Positions 45,418 through 53,979 of a stretch of DNA of 64,000 nucleotides are shown here, piece by piece. The translations under genes and the position numbers were made by a program. The notes beneath the pieces were generated by a model that saw only the letters and a program-made list of their open reading frames with translations, did no database searches and was not told where the DNA came from. This stretch comes from Planctomycetota bacterium. Lineage in GTDB: Bacteria; Planctomycetota; UBA8108; SXIK01. The DNA is taken from the NCBI GenBank assembly GCA_965223845.1, contig CBDCXR010000004.1:2496001-2560000 (forward strand), given 5' to 3'. The first letter of the stretch is position 1; every line of letters starts with the position of its first letter.

Positions 45418-46767
45418 TCAACCCCGCGGAATCCGCCACCCGTTCTTCTTCAGAATATCGAGCACCACTGCGCCGAGAATCACGCCGCCCAGAACGACCA
45501 TCTGCGTGTTGCTTTCGACGTCCGTCAGATTCATGCCGTTTCGAATGACTGCAATGATGAGCGCACCGATCAGCGTCCCGAGGATCTTCCCCTCCCCGCC
45601 CGCGAGGCTCGTCCCACCGACGACGACGGCAGCGATGACTTCGAGCTCGGCGCTTAACCCGTAGGTCGGATCACCGCTCTTCAGCTCCGATGCGCGGATG
45701 ATCCCGCCGACTCCGGCGAGCGCGCCACAGAGCGTGTAGCAGAGTAGGAGCACACGCTTCACCGGCACTCCCGAAAGCCGTGCGGCCTCGGGGTTCCCGC
45801 CCACCGCGTAGACGTAGCGTCCGAAGACGGTTCGCGTCATGACGAAGTGCGCGATGACGTAGAGAACGAGCATCAGCACGACTGCGTTCGGAACACCGAA
45901 GAGGAATCCTCGCCCGAGCCTAGTAAACGTCGACGGTAGCTGATAGATCGACTGAGAGTTCGAGAGTATGTAGGCGAGACCGCTCGCGATTTGCATCATG
46001 CTGAGCGTTGCGATGAACGCCGGCACACGGAAGAGGGTGACCATCAAGCCCGAGAACGCGCCCATCAGCGCGGCGACCATGACCGCGACAAGAGACCAAG
46101 CCGTCATTGCGAACACGCCGGCTTCCTCGGCCCCGCCGAGCTCCCGGATGAGGTAGGCCGCGACGACGGCCGAGAGAGCGATCAGACTCCCGACGGAAAG
46201 ATCGATTCCGGCAGTGATGATGACGAGAGTCATCCCGATCGCGATGATCGCGATCACGGCGATGCGATTCGCTACCGCGCGCAGATTTGCGGCCTTGAGG
46301 AAATCGGGCCACGAATACGTGAGCGGCACCTCGAGTTCGGCCGACGCTATCGCTGGGAAACGCTCGGCGCGCTCGCGCAGAAACCCGTAGTTCGCGATCG
46401 CGCGCGAGCACGCGATGACCGACACGGGCCGCTCGGAAACGACGGACTCGAGCCCGCTCCGAAGCTCGGGCGGACCGCCACGGATCTCAGCGCGCACGGA
46501 TCCCCCTCGCGCTTCGAGCTCGGTCCGCACCGCGCTGGCGAAGCTTCGACCCTCCTCGGTCTCCGCAGCGAGGACGACGACACCGACGCCACCCCCATGC
46601 CGGCCGGCGATGTCGCGCGCGAGCTCGATGCCGGCGTCGGCTCCGGTCGGATTCTGCTCTTTGAACGTCGCGATCGAAAAGAACGCGCAGAGGAGCAGCA
46701 ATACGAAGACCATGCCGTAGTCGGCCGTGAAGCGGGATAGCGTGGCTCGTAGACTCTTGGCAACCAT
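45418..46767 (-). CDS. Monosaccharide ABC transporter permease (RbsC-like) with ~120-aa extracytoplasmic insertion
   Basis: AIIAIGMTLVIITAGIDLSVGS, VPAFIATL, GRYVYAVGGNPEAARLSGV, ELEVIAAVVVGGTSLAGG. Confidence 0.9.
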   Translation of the reverse strand: MVAKSLRATLSRFTADYGMVFVLLLLCAFFSIATFKEQNPTGADAGIELARDIAGRHGGGVGVVVLAAETEEGRSFASAVRTELEARGGSVRAEIRGGPPELRSGLESVVSERPVSVIACSRAIANYGFLRERAERFPAIASAELEVPLTYSWPDFLKAANLRAVANRIAVIAIIAIGMTLVIITAGIDLSVGSLIALSAVVAAYLIRELGGAEEAGVFAMTAWSLVAVMVAALMGAFSGLMVTLFRVPAFIATLSMMQIASGLAYILSNSQSIYQLPSTFTRLGRGFLFGVPNAVVLMLVLYVIAHFVMTRTVFGRYVYAVGGNPEAARLSGVPVKRVLLLCYTLCGALAGVGGIIRASELKSGDPTYGLSAELEVIAAVVVGGTSLAGGEGKILGTLIGALIIAVIRNGMNLTDVESNTQMVVLGGVILGAVVLDILKKNGWRIPRG

Positions 46768-46789
46768 GTCGCTGATTCGGACTGCGGAT

Positions 46790-48289
46790 TCAACCGATGG
46801 CGAGCCGGAGGACGTCCTCCTGCGTCGCCGCGGAGACATCGTCGATTTCGCCGGTCACTCGCCCCTCGTGAACGACGATGATACGGTCGGACATCCCGAG
46901 CACCTCCGGCAGCTCGGAGCTAATCATGACGACCGCTTTTCCGCGGGCGGCGAGGTCGTTCATGAGAAGGTAGATCTCGTACTTACTTCCGACGTCGATG
47001 CCCCGGGTCGGCTCGTCGAAGATCACCACGTCGCAATTCCGCGCGAGCCATTTTGCGAGAACGACCTTCTGTTGGTTGCCGCCGGAAAGATTGCCGGCTC
47101 GTTGTTCGGGCCCCGAAATCTTGATCCGTAGCTGCTCGACGTAAGAGGCGAAGCGATCGCGCTCGAGACGTCCGCGAAGGACTCCGAGTCGAGAGTGCGC
47201 GTCGACGTTGGGAAGACCGAAGTTCTCGAGCACCGAATGGACCAGTGCGAGCCCCTGTCCCTTTCGATCCTCCGTGAGGAGGCAGATACCGACGCCGATC
47301 GCGTCCCGAGGTGATTCGACTGCGACCGTATTCCCGTCGACCTCGATCGTTCCGGCGTCGCGAGAGTCCGCACCGAAGATGAGCCGGGCGATCTCCGTTC
47401 TTCCGGCGCCGACGAGTCCCGTGAGAGCGACGATTTCGCCCCCGCGAACGTCGAACGAGACATCGTTCACCTCTCGGCCGCGACTGAGACCGCGAACGCG
47501 GAGGCGAACCTCCCCGACGCGCGGCTCGCGCGGGGGAAACTCCTGCTCGAGCGTTCGTCCGACCATCATTTCGATCAGCTTCTCACGCGTGACGTCAGCG
47601 AGCGGCCGCGTCCCGATGGGCTGACCGTCGCGCAATACGGTGACGCGATCCGCGAGAGCGAAGATCTCATCGAGGCGATGGCTGATGTAGATCACGCCGA
47701 TCCCCTGCGCTTGCAGGTCGCGGACGATCGTGAAGAGGTGCTCGACCTCCTGGGGAGTCAGCGTCGCGCTCGGTTCGTCCATGACGATGATCCGCGCGTC
47801 GAGCGAGAGAGCCTTCGCGATTTCGACGGTTTGCTGCTGGGCGATCGAAAGGCGGCGGCAAGGAACCTCCGGATCGATGGCGACCCCGAGGCGCGCGAAG
47901 AGCTCGCGCGTACGCCGCACCTCTTCGTCGCGGTGGATGAATCCCGCGGTGCTTTTCTCGCGGCCGAGAAAGAGGTTCTCGCGGGCGGACAGCGCCGGAA
48001 CGAGATTGAATTCCTGGTAGATCACCGCGATGCCGAAGCGCTGCGCGTCGCTCGGCTCCGTGATTTCGACGGGCTCGCCGTCGATCTCGATCGTTCCCTC
48101 GTCCGGTGTGTGGGCGCCACCGAGCACCTTGATGAGCGTGCTCTTTCCGGCGCCGTTCTCTCCGAGGAGCGCGAGAACCTCGCCCCGATGGAGCTCGAGG
48201 TCGACCCCGGCGAGCGCACGAACTCCCGGAAACGACTTCTCGATCCCCCGCATCCTCAGGAGCGGAGGCGAGTCGGCCGCGACGATCAC
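46790..48289 (-). CDS. Monosaccharide ABC transporter ATP-binding protein (RbsA-like, tandem NBD)
   Basis: GENGAGKST, MDEPSATL, ISHRL, GLVGAGRTE, LSGGNQQKV, DEPTRGIDVG. GTG start overlaps the upstream stop. Confidence 0.95.
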   Translation of the reverse strand: MIVAADSPPLLRMRGIEKSFPGVRALAGVDLELHRGEVLALLGENGAGKSTLIKVLGGAHTPDEGTIEIDGEPVEITEPSDAQRFGIAVIYQEFNLVPALSARENLFLGREKSTAGFIHRDEEVRRTRELFARLGVAIDPEVPCRRLSIAQQQTVEIAKALSLDARIIVMDEPSATLTPQEVEHLFTIVRDLQAQGIGVIYISHRLDEIFALADRVTVLRDGQPIGTRPLADVTREKLIEMMVGRTLEQEFPPREPRVGEVRLRVRGLSRGREVNDVSFDVRGGEIVALTGLVGAGRTEIARLIFGADSRDAGTIEVDGNTVAVESPRDAIGVGICLLTEDRKGQGLALVHSVLENFGLPNVDAHSRLGVLRGRLERDRFASYVEQLRIKISGPEQRAGNLSGGNQQKVVLAKWLARNCDVVIFDEPTRGIDVGSKYEIYLLMNDLAARGKAVVMISSELPEVLGMSDRIIVVHEGRVTGEIDDVSAATQEDVLRLAIG

Positions 48290-49284
48290 TTGAGCGTCGG
48301 ATCCTTCTCGGCGTCCGCCTTCCGGTACGAGGCCGTGGGAATGAGTTGCACCGGCTCGACGGACTCGCCGTTGAAGTACGCGATCATGTTCTCGACGGTC
48401 TGGATCGCCATGCGGTCCGGAAACTGAACCGGACTGTCGAACAGCCTTCCTTCCTTGATCGCCACTTTCGCTTCCGGCTGTCCGTCGAATCCGACGACGA
48501 CGACCTGATCCTCCTTCTTCTCGGCTTCGAGCGCCGCGCGCGCACCGAGGGCGGCTGGGTCGTTGATCGCGAAGATCCCGCCGAGATCGCCGTGCGCATT
48601 GAGGGCGTCGCGGGCGGCGTTCTGCCCTTCCTCCTTGTCTCCACCGCACTCGAGAGTCGACACGATTTCGATCTTGTTGGTCGCGGTCTCGTTGTGCTCA
48701 CCGATGCGCTCGAGGAATCCCTTCACGCGATCGATGCACGATTCGACCCGCTTGAACTCGAGCACGGCGACTTTGCCGCCTCCCTCGCCGAGAGCGTCGA
48801 TCATCGCCTGCCCCGCCACTCGACCGCCGCCGAAGTTGTCGGTGCCGACATGGGAGACGACCTTCGCGGTGGGGTCCTCACAAATCGTGTCGATCGTGAA
48901 GACGGGAATCCCGGCTTGATTGGCCTCGACGATGACCGGGCCGATCGCCTTGGTGTTTCGCGGACAGAGTATGATCGCCGCGACCTTCTTCACGATGAAC
49001 TCTTTGACGTGCTCCTTCTGAAGCGCGATCTTCCCGTCGGGATTTCGGACGAGCGTTTCGTAGCCGTGCTTCTTCGCTTCAGCCGTGACGGTGTCCGCGA
49101 TGAGCTTGAAGAACGGGTTCGTGAGTGTCTGAACTGAGATCCCGATCTCTCGCGTCGATTCCGGCTCTCCACCGGACGAGCCCGCCGATGCCCCCAGATC
49201 GGCCGGAGACCGCTTCGAGTCCGCACAACCGAGCGGCAAGAGGATCAACGCGAGGACGACGAAGTTGAGCCAAGATCTGATCAT
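48286..49284 (-). CDS. Monosaccharide ABC substrate-binding lipoprotein (RbsB-like)
   Basis: Lipobox LPLGC. TLTNPFF, AGIPVFTID, VGTDNFGGG, IFAINDPAALGA, VVGFDG. Confidence 0.92.
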   Translation of the reverse strand: MIRSWLNFVVLALILLPLGCADSKRSPADLGASAGSSGGEPESTREIGISVQTLTNPFFKLIADTVTAEAKKHGYETLVRNPDGKIALQKEHVKEFIVKKVAAIILCPRNTKAIGPVIVEANQAGIPVFTIDTICEDPTAKVVSHVGTDNFGGGRVAGQAMIDALGEGGGKVAVLEFKRVESCIDRVKGFLERIGEHNETATNKIEIVSTLECGGDKEEGQNAARDALNAHGDLGGIFAINDPAALGARAALEAEKKEDQVVVVGFDGQPEAKVAIKEGRLFDSPVQFPDRMAIQTVENMIAYFNGESVEPVQLIPTASYRKADAEKDPTLK

Positions 49285-49820
49285 GGAATACATCCGGTCG
49301 CTAAGGCCCATCCGTTCGCTAAGGAATCGCGCGCTCACGGTAGATGAACGACGCGCGGCGCGTCCCGATTCTGACGAAGAAGAACCGAAACATCTGACAG
49401 ATCTTCGCACTGATTGTCGAGGGTTTTGAGGATCGCGCGCGAGTGGATCGACGGAAGGCACGGGAATCACAGGCTCGACGAACGCTCCGGAGTTCGCCTG
49501 GCCGGTTCGCGTCCGACTCTCGTCGAGGAGATTCGCGTGAGATCGGGGAATGAACCCGAAGAAAGTGCGGCAAGCATTGTCCCCTCCGGCGAGGGCGATC
49601 GATGGGATTCACGGGACGGGTTGAGAACGCTTTTCCAGTTGTCCTCGTCCTTGAGCAGCAATGCATCTCTCGCTCGTAGAGACTCGCCGCCCGCTGCGGA
49701 TAGTATTGCCTGTGCTTAACCCGGACTTCTCACCAGATTCTGCTACGACGCCGTAAGACAAGAACTGAGCATCGGATGCGTCGCCACCCGGCCTCAGGTG
49801 GTGCTTCGGGAGAACCCGTA

Positions 49821-50171
49821 ATGACGAGGATGACGCGCGCCGGCGAGATCACTTCCTCCGTCGGAGCCCAGAGATGGACTCTCGTGTGTGTCACCGCCCT
49901 CGGCGCGCTTCTTGTGGCCGGTTGTAGGCAGCCCGCTGCGCGTTCGAGGGCGGCAACGGCTGTGCAGGCGAGAGACTCTACGGTGAGTCCGCCAAACCGA
50001 ACATGGCCGATGGTGCTCGAGGACGACTTCGAGAACGAGGAGCTCGCGGATTTCTGGGCGCCCGGAGACTACGGGAGCGGCCGTTACGAGGCCGGCGCGG
50101 TCAAGATCACCAGGAAGCGAAGGAGTCGATGCCGCTTTCGTCGGCTGCCAATGCGGTTACGGGCAAGCTGA
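49821..50171 (+). pseudogene. Possible truncated lipoprotein fragment
   Basis: Lipobox LVAGC and a globular start LEDDFENEELADFWAPGDYGSGRYEAGAVKIT, then an abrupt Arg-rich tail and stop. Confidence 0.35.
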
Positions 50172-50488
50172 CGATCCGGAGCAGGGAAACCGACGAAACG
50201 GTCTCGTTCATGCCCTGATTGCTTCGACGGACGAAACGAGTTCCACGCGGTCTTCGGTATGGATCTCCAGATCGATCCGCGGGAGAATTCGGCTCTTTTC
50301 AGCGCGAACGCGGAACGACCTGCGGCCACGGCGATACGCCCCGACATTCCCTTCAGTTGGTCCTGTAGACACCTGTCGAAATGTCGAGAACGTCGTAGAC
50401 TGTCTACCTCGTTCTTGCGCCAAAGTATCGCCCTTCTCCTGCGCCGGTCACGGTCACGACCATACCCGGCCTCAACCCGGCCGGATCC

Positions 50489-53400
50489 ATGCCGATTCAG
50501 AAGCTCCTCGTCGCGAACCGTTCCGAAATCGCCACTCGCACCTTCCGTTCGGCCTACGAGCTAGGCATCCGAACCGTCGCGCTCTACGCCTACGAGGATC
50601 GATTCGCGCTCCACCGGCTCAAAGCGGACGAGGCCTACCAGATCGGCCGTCCCGGCGAGCCGATTCGCTCCTACCTCGACATCCCCGGCATCATCGCGAT
50701 CGCGAAGCGTGCGGAGGTCGACGCTATCCACCCCGGCTACGGGTTTCTGTCGGAGAATCCCGAGTTCGCGCAGGCGTGTGTCGACGCCGGGATCGAGTTC
50801 GTCGGACCGCCCGTCGACGTCCTCCGTCGCCTGGGCGATAAGACCGCGGCGCGTGAGATCGCGAAGCAGGTCAACGTGCCAGTACTCGAAGGGAGCCCGA
50901 AGGCGCTCGAGACGGCCGAGGAGGGGCTCGCGGTCGCCGACGAGCTCGGCTATCCGATCATACTCAAGGCAGCGCACGGCGGGGGCGGTCGCGGCATGCG
51001 TGTCGTGCGGAGGAAGGAGGAGTTCGCTCCGTCCTTCGAGCAGGCGCGAAGTGAGTCGCTCAAGGCCTTCGGCAGCCCGGACATTTTCGTCGAGAAGTTC
51101 ATCTCCCGTGCACGACACATCGAGGTGCAGCTCCTCGGTGACCGCCACGGCAACCTGGTCCATCTCTACGAGCGCGATTGTTCGGTGCAGCGACGCCACC
51201 AGAAGGTGGTCGAGTTGGCGCCCGCTCCGCAGCTCGACCCGGCTGTGCGCACGTCCCTCTGCGAAGCCGCGGTGCGTATCGGCACGTCGGTTGGGTATCA
51301 GGCCGCGGGCACGGTCGAATTCCTCGTCGACGCGGATTCGAACGACTTTTACTTCATCGAGGTGAACCCGCGGATCCAAGTCGAGCACACCGTGACGGAG
51401 GAAGTCACCGGCGTCGATATCATCCAGGCACAGATCCTCGTTACGGATGGAAAGCGACTCGACGACGAGGCGATTGGCCTGCCGAGCCAGGACGCCGTCG
51501 AGACGCACGGCTTCGCCGTCCAGTGTCGTGTGACAACGGAGGACCCGGCGAACAACTTCCTCCCCGACTACGGCCGCATCGCGCACTACCGATCGGCGAG
51601 CGGGCTCGGCATCCGGCTCGACGCCGGAAGCGCGTTCTCGGGGGCGTTGGTTTACCCCTACTACGACTCGCTCCTCGTCAAGGTCACCGCCCGCGGCCGT
51701 CGCTTTGTCGACGCGGTCAAGCGCATGGACCGCGCGCTGGCCGAATTTCGCGTCCGTGGCGTGAAGACGAACATCGCCTTTCTCCACGAGCTCCTCCGTC
51801 ACGAAACGTTTTTGGCCGGGACCTGCACGACACGGTTCATCGATGAGCATCAGGAGCTCTTCGACATTCCGTTGCGGAAGAATCGAGCGCAGAAGATCCT
51901 CTCGTACCTGGGCGACGTGATCGTCAACGGCAACGAGCTCGTTGCCGGCCGCCCCCAAGCGAAGCGCCGACACCCGGCGCCGATACCAGACTACGATCAG
52001 CACGCCAAGCCGCCCGAAGGCACCCGCGACAAGCTGAATCGCCTCGGCCCGAGAAGGTTCGCCGAGTGGGTCCGTGACCAGAAGAACTTGCTTCTGACGG
52101 ACACCACCTTTCGGGACGCGCACCAGTCGCTGCTCGCGACGCGCGTCCGTACGCAAGATCTGGTTCAGATCGCAGGGGCGTACTCGCATCTCCTCCCCGA
52201 GCTGTTCTCACTCGAGATGTGGGGCGGAGCGACGTTCGACACCTCGATGAGGTTTCTCAAAGAGTGTCCGTGGGAACGCCTCACGCGAATGCGAGAGAAG
52301 GCACCGAACGTGCTCTTCCAGATGCTCCTGCGCGCGTCGAACGCGGTGGGTTACACGAACTACCCCGACAACATCGTCCGGGAGTTCGTGAAGGAGGCAG
52401 CCGACGCCGGAATGGACGTATTCCGCATCTTCGACGCCCTCAACTGGGTACCGAATATGCGAGTCGCGATCGAGGCGTGCCTGGAAACCGATGCGATTTG
52501 CGAAGCCTCGATCTGCTACACGGGCGACATCACGAACCCGTCGCGAACGAAGTACTCGCTCCAGTACTACGTCGAGCTGGCGAAGGAGCTCGAGAAGCTC
52601 GGAGCGCACATTCTCGCGATCAAGGACATGGCCGGCCTGTGTAAGCCCGACGCCGCGCGCCAGCTCGTCAAAGCGCTCAAGAACGAGATCGGCCTTCCGA
52701 TTCACTTCCACACGCACGATACGGCGGGCACGCAAGTGGCGGCGATCTTGGCGGCGGCGGAAGTCGGCCTCGACATCGCCGACGCCGCCATGGCGCCCCT
52801 GTCCGGTGGAACATCCCAGGTGAACCTGAACACCCTCGGCGAGGCCGTCCGCTTCGCCGATCGTCCGACGGGCCTCGCTTCGGAGCACCTCGACGCGGTC
52901 GCGGACTACTGGCTGGCGGTGCGCGATTTCTACACCGCGTTCGAGAGTGCTGTCCTCCCGGGAACGGCGGATCTCTACAACCACGAAATGCCCGGCGGCC
53001 AGTACACGAATCTGTACCAGCAGGCGCGTGCGCTCGGCCTCGCCGATCGATGGCGTGAGATCTGCCGCATCTACGCCGACGTCAATCGCCTGCTCGGCGA
53101 CATCGTCAAGGTCACACCGACCTCGAAAGCCGTCGGCGACATGGCGCTCTTCATGGTGGCGAACGACATCACCGCAAACGACGTCCTTTCGGGCGGCCGC
53201 GACTACTCCTGGCCATCCTCCGTCATCGACCTCGTCGGAGGCGCGATGGGCCAGCCGCCCGGAGGGTTCCCCGAAAAGGTGAAGGAGCGGATCCTGGGCG
53301 GCGAGAGCGGCTTCGACGGGCGCCCGGGGGAGACGCTTGCTCCGGCAGACTTCGAGGCCAAGGCGCGGGAGCTCGAAGAGCTCCTCGGCCGCGCCCCCAC

Positions 53401-53929
53401 GACTCGCGAAGTGCTTTCGTCGCTGCTCTACCCAAGAGTGTTCGAGGACTTTGCCCGCTTCCAGATCGAGTTCTCGGACACGAGCGGTCTCCCCACCCCG
53501 GCGTTCCTCTACGGTTTGGAGCAGGGTGAGGAGATTTCGATCGACATCGAGCGGGGGAAGACCCTGTTCATCAAGTATCTGGCCACCGGAACGGTCCACG
53601 CCGACGGCAAGCGATCGGTCTTCTTCGAGCTCAACGGCCAACCGCGCGACGTGCTGATTCTCGACAAATCAGCGGAGCCCGAGACGGTAGGAAACGTCAA
53701 GGCAGAGCCCGGCGACATCCAGCAGGTCGCAGCGCAGATGCCCGGCATGGTCGTCGCCGTCAATGTCGAGCCCGGCACGAAGGTCTCGAAGGGCCAGAAG
53801 CTCCTCACGCTCGAGGCGATGAAGATCGAGACGACCGTCAACTCCGAAATCGCTGGCGTCGTCGCCGAGGTTCTCGTCAAGTTCGGGAGCCACGTGGAGA
53901 CCGGAGACCTTTTGGTGCGGCTCGAGTAG
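50489..53929 (+). CDS. pyc: Pyruvate carboxylase
   Basis: Biotin carboxylase (LVANRSEIA, IHPGYGFLSE, GGGGRGMR, RDCSVQRRHQK), carboxyltransferase (TDTTFRDAHQSLLATR, WGGATFD, IKDMAG, HFHTHDT) and biotinyl domain (EAMK). 1146 aa. Confidence 0.98.
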   Translation: MPIQKLLVANRSEIATRTFRSAYELGIRTVALYAYEDRFALHRLKADEAYQIGRPGEPIRSYLDIPGIIAIAKRAEVDAIHPGYGFLSENPEFAQACVDAGIEFVGPPVDVLRRLGDKTAAREIAKQVNVPVLEGSPKALETAEEGLAVADELGYPIILKAAHGGGGRGMRVVRRKEEFAPSFEQARSESLKAFGSPDIFVEKFISRARHIEVQLLGDRHGNLVHLYERDCSVQRRHQKVVELAPAPQLDPAVRTSLCEAAVRIGTSVGYQAAGTVEFLVDADSNDFYFIEVNPRIQVEHTVTEEVTGVDIIQAQILVTDGKRLDDEAIGLPSQDAVETHGFAVQCRVTTEDPANNFLPDYGRIAHYRSASGLGIRLDAGSAFSGALVYPYYDSLLVKVTARGRRFVDAVKRMDRALAEFRVRGVKTNIAFLHELLRHETFLAGTCTTRFIDEHQELFDIPLRKNRAQKILSYLGDVIVNGNELVAGRPQAKRRHPAPIPDYDQHAKPPEGTRDKLNRLGPRRFAEWVRDQKNLLLTDTTFRDAHQSLLATRVRTQDLVQIAGAYSHLLPELFSLEMWGGATFDTSMRFLKECPWERLTRMREKAPNVLFQMLLRASNAVGYTNYPDNIVREFVKEAADAGMDVFRIFDALNWVPNMRVAIEACLETDAICEASICYTGDITNPSRTKYSLQYYVELAKELEKLGAHILAIKDMAGLCKPDAARQLVKALKNEIGLPIHFHTHDTAGTQVAAILAAAEVGLDIADAAMAPLSGGTSQVNLNTLGEAVRFADRPTGLASEHLDAVADYWLAVRDFYTAFESAVLPGTADLYNHEMPGGQYTNLYQQARALGLADRWREICRIYADVNRLLGDIVKVTPTSKAVGDMALFMVANDITANDVLSGGRDYSWPSSVIDLVGGAMGQPPGGFPEKVKERILGGESGFDGRPGETLAPADFEAKARELEELLGRAPTTREVLSSLLYPRVFEDFARFQIEFSDTSGLPTPAFLYGLEQGEEISIDIERGKTLFIKYLATGTVHADGKRSVFFELNGQPRDVLILDKSAEPETVGNVKAEPGDIQQVAAQMPGMVVAVNVEPGTKVSKGQKLLTLEAMKIETTVNSEIAGVVAEVLVKFGSHVETGDLLVRLE

Positions 53930-53979
53930 TACACCGTGCCGCACGCGAACGCGCTTCGGATCCAGGACGCCCGGCGCAC

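Noticed and set aside
53810-53830. Pyc biotinylation motif AMKI instead of AMKM
   Set aside because: The biotin Lys is intact and the change is conservative, so it is not evidence of inactivation.
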